DNA of 64,000 nt from Pelomyxa schiedti (Eukaryota > Protista > Evosea): the NCBI GenBank assembly GCA_020536535.1, contig JAHLWZ010000116.1, positions 1 to 64,000 of the forward strand, written 5' to 3'. How positions within the stretch are numbered: position 1 is the first letter of the stretch; each line of letters starts with the position of its first letter. Of the stretch, positions 1 to 12,200 are shown piece after piece. The notes under the pieces are model-generated. The model did not search any database, had not been told where the DNA came from, and was given only the letters and a program-made list of their open reading frames with translations. Both the position numbers and the translations under genes were made by a program.

Positions 1-1151
1 CTCTCACTCTTCCTCAGTGGTTATTGCCACAAATCAAGTGATGGGAGAGTATCATTTGGGGTGACAATATACAGGCTCACAGTTGCGCACTACCAAGAGC
101 TTGCTAATAGGTGGTGGCTTTCCCACCAAGTCTTCTTACATGCTGACCTTTTTTAAGAAACTGGCGTAGATCTGGGACATACTTATACAAGCCTGTGAAC
201 GAAAAAGCGTGTTGTGGGCACTACACAATCAGACTTGATGTGACCCAGTTCAATAGAAACGCAAAGCAACGCCAAGTCCACAGGCGAATCACAAACTTTC
301 TTGCACATGATACACTAAGTCCTGCCCGTTCAAATCCATATCAGTTGCAACCATCTATACTTTCCCCCCCTACAGGCAGTTCAACTTCGACCGCATCGGC
401 GGCAATACCACCAACACCACCAAAAAAAACGAACAAAGGGTCCAACAACCGATCTACTGTTCCCCCTGAGATCTCTGCAGCTGTTACTTCCGCTTTGCAA
501 TCAGTGGTATCCCGCAACATGCCCCTTCCCCACCAAGAACACATAAACACCATGATGCAACAAAAAATAAAACCAAAAGTATGGCAAAATCCCCCCAAAA
601 TGCAGCGAAATCGTGGAATCTATTCATGCAACGTTGCTATGATTGTGTCAGCAGAATTTCGCAAGATGTTTCCAGCTGCAGTGAGCACACCTATGCCCAC
701 TGAACCAACCTGTACCCCAGTTTTGCCGGAGGCTCCTGGTCACAAACCACTTACAGAAAAACATGGCCTCGGCATCTGTGTTCCCCTATGCGCGGACTCT
801 TGCAAGTCTGTGATTACACCCCTTATTGAAAAGCAGTCACTTGGAGAACTAATCTGTGCTGTGTTGGCAGGAATACTTACTAAGTGGAGTGTGAAGTATG
901 ACTCGGGGTATGTGAACTTCTTTGATGCCACATCCCAAGCAAAGCATGAAAGTCCTCTTGGACCTTTCCCACAAACTGAACAGGAGGAAGAGCAAACAGT
1001 GAGAAAGCGAAGGCATGAAGAGATGATAGAAGCGGAGGTAGACATTGCGGCACTGAAAAGAGCTAGCTCCCCTCCAGTCCGAATGCGTGGAGTGGGAAAA
1101 CGGGTTGTTCCTCGACGAGTTGCATTTGCAGCACCAGACCAAGAAACAGAG
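1..1151 (+). CDS. ATE1: Partial arginyl-tRNA--protein transferase 1 (duplicate or allelic copy; cut by window edge and gap)
   Basis: Spliced reading GYCHK...NWRRSGTYLYKPVNEKACCGHYTIRL is the ATE_N motif. About 97% identical by hand alignment to 57397-58553. Confidence 0.85.
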
Positions 1152-1251
1152 NNNNNNNNNNNNNNNNNNNNNNNNNNNNNNNNNNNNNNNNNNNNNNNNN
1201 NNNNNNNNNNNNNNNNNNNNNNNNNNNNNNNNNNNNNNNNNNNNNNNNNNN
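1152..1251. other. Assembly gap (100 N)
   Basis: Run of exactly 100 N, typical of an unknown-size scaffold gap. Sequence on either side belongs to different genes. Confidence 0.98.
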
Positions 1252-2698
1252 AGACACCTGGTATCCCTTTTCTTTTTTCTTTTTTTCTCACTCATATATT
1301 TATTCCTTTGTTTCAACCAACAACAGGCAAATTTTGCATTGTCACGGTGAGCATTTGTTCCCTGATGAATATTAATATGTACGGACTCTCAAATAAAAAA
1401 GGAATACTTCCCACTTGGCAATTTGCACTCATGCATGAAAACCAACACCTTTTCTCTGCCACTCAAAGTCAAGTGTCTCATTGACTGCGCAACTGGTGTG
1501 TATCGACCTTTCCTTTCACCTTTTAACTCTCAACATCCTTTCCCCAACTTTTTTTTTGGGTCTGAATCTCCACTCAAAAAAGGAATGAGCTTCATTCACA
1601 AGGTTGACCCCCAACGCCTAAAACAGTGATGTTGGCAGTCTCGACCCTTAAACTAAATACGTTTTCACACAACAAACAGGCTGGTCTCTTGCACAGGGAC
1701 TTGAAGCCAGATAATTTGTTGGTTTGTTGAACGGGGACCTCCTGTGAAAATACTCACAAGTTTCAGGTGGCGTCATTGGATGTCGGTGCCACTGTAAATT
1801 GTAAAATAACCGGTATCCATATTATATATATCTCCTCCACTCTTTACGTTTTCGGCTTATTCTTGCATAAAAAGATTTTGGAACATGCAGAGACATCAGT
1901 ATTTATAACCTTTCCTTTTCTGTTTGTTCCTACTTTTAACACGTCTGCACACACACAGATAAAACCAACCAAACACAAGCCTACACAGTTGGGGTGAGTA
2001 CTTATCAAATTCCCAGTCTCTATTTTCTCTTCCGCTTACACTCCTGCTCAGGTCGGAACACCGACATACATGCCACCAGTATATGTTCCCTTCCTCCCAA
2101 ATTTTTGCTGACCCTTTTTTTAGGAGCTTCTTTCAAACGGAAAAGTAAGTTGTTTACAATGATTCATAGACTGTCTAATGTCTTACAAACCCGTTTGCGG
2201 ACAGTACAAACAAAGTGCAGATGTATATAGGTAAATCCCGCCAACCAAGTTGTTGGGAATTAATTCGCAATGCACTTCAATGTGCAGCTTCGCAGTTTTG
2301 ATGTACCAAGTGATTTCCGAGAGGGAGCCTTACAGCGACCTCAAATCCCTTTGGAGTGTGCCTATTCTCTCAGTTCCCCCGATCCAACAACTGACTCACC
2401 AACACAGAAATCACTGAATTTGTTCTGTCCGGGCAGGTCTGTATCACCGCCACATTAATTGTTTTAAAAATGTGGCGCCATTCTAACACCTAACAGAGAA
2501 TGTCACTCGAGGGCATCCCGCCGGAGCTAGCCGAAATAATAACAGCATCTTGGGACCAAGACTATCACAAGAGGCCAAGTACGTTTCCCCCTCACAAATG
2601 CACTGTGCCTCAACAACAACAACCACAACAAACACATGGCAGGTTTCGCACAGGCAACCACCCTCCTCGAGGCTGTCCTCACTTCCCTCAAGTCCTGA
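1252..2698 (+). CDS. Transmembrane kinase paralogue A, C-terminal part of the TKL-type kinase domain (5' part lost in gap)
   Basis: Exons give KFCIVT-EYFPLGNL, LHRDLKPDNLL, ITDFGTCRD, GTPTYMPP-ELL, ADVYSFAV, WDQDYHKRP; stop at 2696-2698. Exon structure matches paralogue B. Confidence 0.88.
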
Positions 2699-3103
2699 GT
2701 TTAATCCCAAAAAACGAAACGAAGATTTTTTCGCAGAAGCCATCACCTTCTTGTTTGGTCCAAGCAGAGCTGGTGTGACACTCCGGCGTGATTAGAATTT
2801 AGCAATGCCATAGCCGTCGTCTAATAGAAAGAAAATAGAGAAAAGAAGAACGGGAGATTTTACGTGCCTTCGTAGACACTAGTAGTTTTATTTAACGTTA
2901 AAGCGCAACATAGATCTGGGGGAACAGGGGTTTAAAACGGAGCAGGGGAGTGGTGTCAAACGGGTGACGTGATTGGCAGGTGTCAAACAGGGATCTAGCT
3001 TTTCTATCCTCTGAGTACTGGAAGACTTACCTTCCTCTTTTGTGAGAGATCAACGGGGTGTTTTTTCCCGCCCAGCAGCGGTACCACCGCAACCGCCAAC
3101 AAA

Positions 3104-6100
3104 ATGCATCTCGTATCGTCGTCATTAATATTGCTTCACGTAGCAGTATTAGTAGTAGTCTACAATGTGCCTTTCTGCTTTTCCGCCCTGTCAAGTTCGG
3201 TTTCGGTTTCCTCGTCCTCTTCCTCGTATTCGTACTCGTCTCTGCCATCGACATCGTCATCTCCCTCGTTCTCGTCATCGTCCTCTTCAGAGCCGTCTTC
3301 CTATTCGTCGTTTTCGTCTGTTTCCTCTTCCTCTTCCTCTTCCTCTTCTTCTTGTTCTTCCTCTTATTCCTCCTCCTCCTCTTCTTCTTGGTCGTCGTCG
3401 CAATCGTTGTCGGTGTCGGCGTCTCTGCCATCGACATCGTCATCTCCCTCGTTCTCGTCATCGCCATCGCAATCGCAATCGCAGTCCCGATCTCTGTCGT
3501 CATCACTGTCGTCGATCTCAGAGAGTGACTGGTGGTCGGTGTTTGATGCTGACACAGCCAAGAACATCACCGACTCTGTGTTCTTTGGGATTCCTACTCT
3601 ATCTGGCACATGGAACAACTTTAACCCCATTTCGATCTTCCAAATGGTTGTCAGTGTGGCAGAAAGGCAATTGAACTTAAAGGAGCGCTTTTATTGTGGG
3701 TTAATACTGCAGGACATGCCTGACACAGATTACACTGTGGAAGCTGTAGATCTCAACTATATGTATGCTATCCCCCAGACGGAAGATATCCAGTATGGGC
3801 TGTGGCCTTACTACCTTGACACTGGATGCCCAGAGTCAATGTGCACCGAGACCTGTCAAGACCCCCCACAGGGGGTCTCGGTGTACTCTGATCCAGTAGT
3901 GATGGCTTACTCACACTGTAGTGAACGGTATTTGGTTGCATTCACCTCAGCGACGGAACCACTTCTAATTTACTGGTTCAGTACGGCTCCAGGAGATGGT
4001 ATGGGCTGGGTTCAGATGTTCAGTAGTGTAGGGTATTCTGGGGTTAATTTCACCGATGCTACCATGTCACCTGATTGCCGGACTATCTACATTACCGAAA
4101 CAACTAGGATACTGACTGTCGACGTGGAAACCGGCGACATTACCCAACTTCTATCATTGCCAGAATGGCAGTCGCTTGCTGGTATCGCGTTCGACTGTGA
4201 TAATAACATCTTGTGTGTTTTCTGTTTACAAAACTGCATATTATAATTTATTTGTAGGTACGTTAGTGCGGCTGCCTCTAATGAATCCTCGTTCCTTCTG
4301 GCTATAGATCCATACACCAAAAAGATAATTGCTTCCATTGAGAAGGGACAGTTCGAACAACTGTGGATGAACTGTTCTTATGTTCCGTCCTCGTCCTCGG
4401 AATCTTTTTCTTCAGAATCCTCTTCCTCAGAATCTTCATCTTCAACGCCTTTGCCAGACATTGTTCTCTTTGGAATGAATCCCAAAAAGAGAACTGGGGA
4501 CAACCAGACGGTAAAAGCTCTTTCTATATTCTGGGATGGCAATGAAACCACAGTGTCCGATCACTGTGAGTGGCGTCCAGAGGAAGCTTCAAGGGGAAAC
4601 TTTTCTGTGGATTACTCTGATGTGGGTTATGCATACATACATGACCCCAACGCCAAAACTCCAAGTTATGCCCTGATGAGCATGGATTATGATGTCTGCT
4701 CACAACCTGCCAAAACTTATGCCAAAGGCTTATCTGGTGAAGGACAGGTGGAGGGTCTGGTGTATGTTCACTGCATCGGCATGCCTTGGATGGCTACTTT
4801 CCGAAATGGAGTCGTATCTTGGTTCTTGCCAAAAAAGGGAGTTGACTGGGGTTTATTCAAAAATTTCACTACTGGGAACTCTGCAAGTTATTTCATTGAT
4901 TCAGCCATTTCACGGGACTGTGGCTCTATTTTCATGACTGACACATCTTCCAAACAAATTTATCGGCTGAATCTTGCCACTGGCAGCACAGATACCGTTG
5001 TTTCTCTGAGCTCATGGGACCATCTCGGGGGATTGGCGTTGGACTGCGATACAGATCTCTTGTAAGTGTTTGTTTTCAATCAATGGCAATTTCACACAAC
5101 CACAGGTACCAAGTTGCAGATGTGAACAATACCGGTTCCAGACAATTTCTACTGGGCATTGATCACAAGTCCAATTCCGTAGTTACAACGACACCATTAC
5201 ATTCCCCGGAACAGTACACACAACTCATGTACAAAACTGCCTGTAAGTACACAATTATACCTGTGGGTTTGTATGGAATGATGGGACCCTCCTGCGGAAG
5301 TGAAAATTGTACCACCACCATTGACGCAATACAGATCTACTTTAATGTCGGTCTCCTGAACAAAACTTCATGCGACTGGATAGTCAATAATTCCTACGCC
5401 TATGTGCAATTTGGAGATTATGGGAGTGCCTGGATAAACGAAAAGGAAGGACCACCACATCCTGGCCTGGTGGATTTCAATTACGCAAAATGTGCAGGAA
5501 CAAAAGATGTTTATAGTACACATATTGCTCCAGATGGCTCCGTTCCTTTAGCAGGTGTGTTCTCCCATTGCGCGGGAAAGTTCTGGCTTGCAGTTTATTT
5601 TCCATCTGCAACACAGAATGTCACTTGGTTTGAAGAGGATGCCACTGGGTGGCACAGCTTGTTTTCGATGATATTACCAGTAGGGTCCACCCCAAGTGAG
5701 AGGATAAGGGAAGCAGCCTTTTCAGCGGATTGCAAGGCCATTTTTGTTGTGGATAAGCAAGGTGTACAGATTCTCCGAGTGAATCCCACAGATGGGGACT
5801 ACACAACCTTAATTTCGCTGGCAGGCTATCCCGACCTTGGCGGGATTGCAATGGACTGTGGATCCAACACATTGTCTGTGTCCTCCAACTTATTTGCAGA
5901 AACTCAACTCACATCCACACAGGTATCTGAGTGCAATTCCAAAAGGCCATACAGATCCGGTTATCCACGCACTCGACCCCTCTGCTAAGCCGGAAGCAAA
6001 AATTGTTGGCACATTCAGTGCATCTACCCTGTACCCGCAGTTGTTGTCACAATATGATTGCCCGGTACCTCTCTCAACATCTACCTCTTTCTCCACCTCG

Positions 6101-9100
6101 TCCGCTTCCTCACCAGGTGTAATTTCGCCCTCAATGTCTACCTCAGTCTCAACATCAACGTCTAACTCCAAGTTGGTCTCCGATTCCACCTCACTATCCT
6201 CCTCCCAATCACTGTTCTCCTCCTACTCCTCTCAACCAGTATTCTCCTCCTCTCAACCTCTATCTAGCTTCTCCCTATCACTATCACTCTCTGCCTCAAC
6301 TTCTGGGGACAGTTCGGATACTCTTTTGAGTCAGAGCAGCAGTGATGGTCGAAAAGGGAAACTGGGAATTGCTCTCGGCCTTGCTCTTGGACTTGGTGTG
6401 CCACTTATTGCTGGATGTATGGCTGGCCTCATTATGTTCCTCCTATGGTGTGAAACCTTTTTTTGTGTTTCTGCACTCATCAACACAAGGAAAAGCAGAC
6501 AGTCCAATGGCCCAGAAGAAGGTGCCTGTGCGGTAGAAATGACACCACTTTTGAAGCTCTCCGACTTGTCTCGATTTGATAAATCACTTTCTTTGGATCC
6601 CTTTCTGTGTGTCCATAACTTTTGTAGTTTGCTTCAAAGTAACAATACAAAGGCAAGTGCCTGTGGAAAAATTCTCGCTTCAGGCACTCTCCTGCTCGTT
6701 CTGTGCCAATCAAATTTTTTTCCTTCCTACAGGTGACACCAGCTTCAGCTCTGGATTTCGAACTTGGCACACACCAGGCACCAGTTGGAAGTGAAGTGAA
6801 GCAAGTAATGACAGTCGCTAACCCATCAAAATCTGCTGTTGCATTTAAGGTTGGGCTCCAGAGATAAAAGACCTTCCAAATAAATAATCCGATCCCAGGT
6901 TCTGGCGCCACAGAGCCACAAATACACCCTTCGTTTCAGTGAAACACCTCCCGTGTTGAAAGCGGTACCGCACACCCCTCATTCATCCCCATTCTCATAC
7001 AATCAAAATAGGGAGAAGAAATCGATGTTGAGGTTTCACTGATCGCTCTGTGCACCGCAAGCATCAACACCGATGTGATTATCATGACTTACAACAGTAA
7101 TTTATCTTCACTATGAATTCATACATGAGTCACTCACCCATTGATTTCTCTGACAGATAAAGCTGAAGCCCAGGCATGCAAGTGGTCCATCTGGTTTTTT
7201 TCCCGCACCTAATCTTTTCTTTTCATCCAAGAACTTTGTTGCCTTGAAAATCAACTTGGACTCCATGATCTCAACTTGCCTTGATCATGAGGAAATACAT
7301 GTGCGCTGTATCCCCAGCCCGACTTTGTTCAATTGAATCACCAAAATCCTTTGCAGCTCACTCGAGAGATTGGGGAAGGTGCTTATGGGGTCGTATGGGT
7401 ACTAATCTTACTCATTATTGTGCCTAGCTATCCCATTTTTTGACTTTTCTTCTCTTCCGACTGTTTCAGGTTGGAAGTTGGTATGTATTGGGGCCATTCA
7501 ACTGGGATCAACTGAGAACCTTTTTCATCGTAGGCGAGAACAAGAGGTTGCAGTGAAGGTCGTGAAAAATCAAGAAGGGAAGAGTTCTGCCACTGAATTC
7601 TTGTATGCCTTCGATTTACTCCATTTCTCTTTACTCTGACTTCATTTGCTTTTTCACTGCTTCTCAGCACGGAAATTCGGATTTTGGAGTCTGTCCGATG
7701 CCCACAGGTTCATTTTCTTTAATACTGTTGCTATTTCTCATCATGGCGAATAGATCGTGCACTATTTTGGAGCTGTGAAAACCCCCGGTATTTATTCACA
7801 TTCACTATTTCATGCCTGACTGTTAACAAATAATGTCAGGCAAGTTTTGCATTGTCACGGTAAAGAGATTCCCTTTATAATATAGTTTTCTCTGCAAGTT
7901 CACTGTAACTTAAGGAATTCTTCCCGTTGGGCAACCTGCATTCTTGCATGAAAACACATCCCTTTTCACTCCCACTCAAACTGAAGTGTCTCATTGACTG
8001 CACAACCGGTTTGTCTCGTTCACTTCTTCATCGAAAAAACTTACCACCAAATCCAGGAATGAGTTTTATCCACAAGGTCTCGCATCCCCTCAAACTCTAT
8101 CTATCTAATGAACAACAGGCCGGTCTTTTGCACAGGGACTTGAAACCAGATAACTTGTTGGTTTGTGAAGAATAGTTGACACGCTTTTTGAGGTTTTTCC
8201 TTCTCTCCCTTTCTTTCAGGTGGCATCATTGGATGTCAATGCTGCTGTCAATTGTAAAATAACCGGTACGTCTTCAAGTTGCTCCTTGCTGTGATTCACC
8301 TCAAAAACAGATTTCGGAACATGCCGAGATACCAGTAAAAATCCTTCTCTTCTTGCCGGTTTTGACATTTTATAATGTTTAAAAAGACAAAACGGATCAG
8401 ACACAAGCCTACACAGTTGGGGTATATATCCTGCAGTCTTTCTCGACTTTTTCCTCATTCTTCCCTTTCCAAAAAGGTTGGAACCCCAACGTACATGCCT
8501 CCGGTATCTGCCTCATCACTTTCCACTTGATTTAACAATCTCTATTCAGGAGCTTCTTTCCAACGGAAAGGTTTTCCTTCTTTGTAAACGACGGATATTT
8601 TCACTCACAATACAAAAAACCCTCCCCAACACAATTTTGTGACAGTACAAGCAAAGCGCGGATGTATACAGGTCTGACCTTAGGGGTTTCCTTTTGACAA
8701 ACCAGCCTACAGTTTCGCCATTTTGATGTATCAGGTGATTTCTGAGAAAGAGCCCTACAGTGAAATAAACCTCAAATCCCTTTGGAGTATTTTCCATATC
8801 CATCCTTCCCCAATAATTCGTTCTTCATGACCAACACAGAAATCACTGAGTTTGTTCTTTCTGGCCAGGTCCGCATCACCACTTTCTCACTTGCACTTTC
8901 TAACCCAAACACAAACAAAAACAGAGGCTTCCACTTGACGGGATTCCCCCGGAGTTAGCGGAAGTCATCACTGCCTGCTGGGACCAGGACCACCACAAGA
9001 GGCCAAGTGCGTGAACTCATCCCTCTCCCATTTCTCAGCTTTGTTTTTTATGTACCTACACACACAAACAGGCTTTGCACAGACTACAACAGTTCTTGAG

Positions 9101-9130
9101 GCTCAACTCAGTGCACTGCTCAAGTCCTGA
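3104..9130 (+). CDS. Receptor-like transmembrane kinase paralogue B: signal peptide, Ser-rich tract, 3 ectodomain repeats, TM helix, MSP/Ig-like juxtamembrane domain, TKL kinase; about 29 introns
   Basis: Hydrophobic N-terminus; TM LGIALGLALGLGVPLIAGCMAGLIMFLLW; GEGAYGVVW, VAVK, HRDLKPDN, DFG, GTPTYMPPE. Juxtamembrane domain and SLDxxxxVNCKITDFG resemble Entamoeba TMKs. Confidence 0.9.
3237..3463 (+). repeat. Perfect 44-nt direct repeat inside the Ser-rich low-complexity coding tract
   Basis: cgtctctgccatcgacatcgtcatctccctcgttctcgtcatcg at 3237-3280 and 3420-3463 (SLPSTSSSPSFSSS twice), separated by (tcc/tct)n sequence. Confidence 0.9.
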
Positions 9131-9294
9131 TGGCGTGGTGTGGCTCATCACCTACCGTACTTCTAGTAAGTAAATATAAGTTATAACTTATCGCATCGAG
9201 CGTACACGGACTTTTTCATCGTTGATTATCAACTATCCATTCGCCAAACGACAAAACGAAAGTTTCACAACATCTACAAACGTAACGAAATCAA

Positions 9295-12200
9295 ATGGCA
9301 CAGCGTCCCATCACAAGGGCGGTTACTAACACCCCTCCCATTCGTTTGTGGTTGGTCCATGTTATTCTCCTGCTGCTGTTTCTTGTGCACCTTCCACCTC
9401 ACCTCACAAACACCAACCCAAAACACAAAAGTGATGATGATAATCCATGGCTCCGCGTCGTTTGGTTTTTGCCGGGCGCAGCAGCCGAATCCCTTTCCCC
9501 GTCGCCATCGTCATCGGATTCCCCATCGTTATCTTCCTCCTGGTCATCGTCAGCGTCATCGTCGCAGGCTGAGGAGTCCTCACCAGTCTCAGTCTCGTTG
9601 TCGTCGTCATCGGAGAGTGATTGGTGGTCTGTAATTGGGTCTGATGCGAGCCAGTTCACGTCGGACGTGCACATTTATGGCCTGAATGGGACTCGTTCTA
9701 CTCTGTATGCTGCCATTCCTATCTGGAATGTTGATGTTCTGGTGGCTGGGAGGACAGCTTCTGTTTCGGGACCCTGTGAGTGGGCACCGAATGGAGTCTT
9801 GACTTCATCGGGATATACTGTGCTGATGGCTGATATGGGTTACATGTACACAATGGTGCTGGGTACCTCGGGATTGTGGCCGGCGGAATTTTTGAACTGC
9901 TCAGGGTCTCGGTGTGGTGATAACTGCACGATTTACCCAGAGATAATTGATCCGGAGCCCATTGTGATGGTGAATGCTCATTGTTATGGTGAGACTTGGG
10001 TGGCTTTCTATTCTTCATCCTTCCCGGATTTGCTGTTGTGGTTCAAGCAGGCTCTGAATGGCTCTTGGATTTCAGTGTTCAATGTAACGTGGGAAGCGTA
10101 CGGCCCAGAGTTCAGGGACGCTGCGATGTCAAGAAACTGCAATTTTATCTACTTAACAGACGCCAGCACGGGGCGTATAGTGTCGGCTGAGGTGGAAACT
10201 GGCAAGTTGAGTGAAGTTATGCAGTTGAAACACTGGGCCGGATTTGGAGGGATTGCATTTGACTGTGAGACTGGCCTATTGTACGTATTTATTGCCAATA
10301 TCCTTGCACTAATTTACTACTTTAAAGGTACCAAAGTGTGAACACTTCCGGGCAGTCATGGATTCTTGCAATTGAGCCGGATTCCTGGTCAGTTGTTGCC
10401 TCCATTCCGGTAGAGGGAACTTTCCCACAGTTGTGGATGCCTTGCGATTATCTCTCATCTTCCTCTGAATCAAGTTCATCTTCGGAGTCCATATCGTCAT
10501 CCATTTCATCCTTATCTTCTTTGTCCTCAGTTTCCACAGCCGCATCACATACCAGTTCAATTTCCACGTCCCCGTCATCATCCTCATCAATATCATGGTC
10601 ACTGTCGTCATCACAATTGGTATCATCTTCAATAGAATCATCATCAATCTCGTTGTCACCCATTTCGGTGGAGTGTTGTGATGAAAACAGCTCCTCATCA
10701 CCAGTTAATCTTCAGAGTGATAGTCACAGCAAACAGTCCGACGGTGTCAAACTGTCACTAATTCTTGGTCTAGTACTTGGGCTGGGCCTTCCCATAGTCA
10801 TCGGGTCTATTCTTGGTCTGCTAATGGTTATTCTGTGGTATGAGACCATACCCCCTTTTTTTTTTGAATATTAGGAAATGCTCATCTTTTGAGGTGCAGT
10901 CGTGGAAACTCAGATTCACTTGAAGAATCAGTGGTTGCCACTGAACTAACGCCATTATCCAAATTGTCTGACTTAACCCGCTTTGACAAATCCATTTGCA
11001 TTGATCCTTCCAGGTATATACCGTCCCGTTGTACAATCTTTTTACTGTACCACAGGCAAGTTGCAGTAGAGACGTTTCCTCTGGCGGTAATAAGTCTCCC
11101 TCCTAGATTAAATTAACAAAAAAGAAAAGGTTACACCATCAGTACTGGATTTTGCACTTGGGACACACCAAGCTCCTGTTGGTACAGAACTGAGGCAAAC
11201 AGTATTACTTGGAAATAATTCCAGATCTTCTGTATCAGTCAAGGTTGCAATTATTCACCCTGCTCCTCAACTCATTTTTTTCTCCTCAGATAATGGCGCC
11301 CAAGAGTCATCAATATACATTGGCATTCAGTGATGATTCTGTAACCTTGAAGCCAGTATTCTCTTTTTGCTTTGGACACACGAACACTAATATCAAAAAG
11401 GGAGAAGAAATTGAGGTAGAGGTTACTCTAAATGTGTTGTGTACAACGCGGATAAATACAGATGTCATAATCATGAACTACAATAGTACGTCATCTCTCT
11501 TCGTTGCGTACTAATTTTTCCTTCAGGTCAATCAGAACCCCAGGTACGATAGATATAGTTTGTTGCTATTTTGCTCATTTTTTGCTCAGCACTTTGTTGC
11601 GCTTAATATAAGCATTGAATCCATGATCTCCACATCTCTGGACTATGAAGAAGTACATGTAAGATTCCTTCAACCGTATTTTTTCAAGTTCAATGAACAC
11701 TTTTCAAGTTATTGCGGGAAGTGGGAGAAGGTGCATATGGTGTAGTCTGGGTATTATTCTCTTCGCTTTTTTTATTGGCCAAAAACTCACGTCTTGGTTC
11801 AGGTTGGCACTTGGTATCCTTTTTATTTTTCCCAATGGAATTATTTGATACATGACTTAGGCGGGAGCAAGAGGTGGCAGTGAAAGTTGTAAAAAACCAA
11901 GAAGGAAAAAACTCAATGACGGAGTTTTTGTATAGTCCCCCATCTTTAATTTCACTGATAGAGTTCTAGTACTGAAATTCGAATTTTAGAATCAGTAAGG
12001 TGTCCACAGGTTAGTTTTTCTTAAGTGTGTGTAAGCTTCATTCTTTGTAGATTGTTCATTACTTTGGAGCTGTAAAAACCACTGGTATCCTTCAATCCGA
12101 ATATCAGCCCTTTAATACCTATCTCAGGAAAATTATGTATTGTCACTGTAAGGAATCCCCCGCGACTATCGCCGTTTGGCTTAACAAATGAAGGAATATT

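Noticed and set aside
195-1484. 429-aa ORF read through the N-run as one protein
   Set aside because: It joins ATE1 sequence to kinase intron and exon sequence across an assembly gap.
3027-3674. Overlapping ORFs (very hydrophobic, Arg/Pro-rich, and antisense Lys/Arg- or Asp-rich)
   Set aside because: These are shadow frames of the stop-poor Ser-codon repeat tract of kinase B.
7300-9130. Frequent in-frame stops suggesting an alternative genetic code or pseudogenes
   Set aside because: All are removed by short GT/GC-AG introns that restore intact kinase motifs under the standard code.
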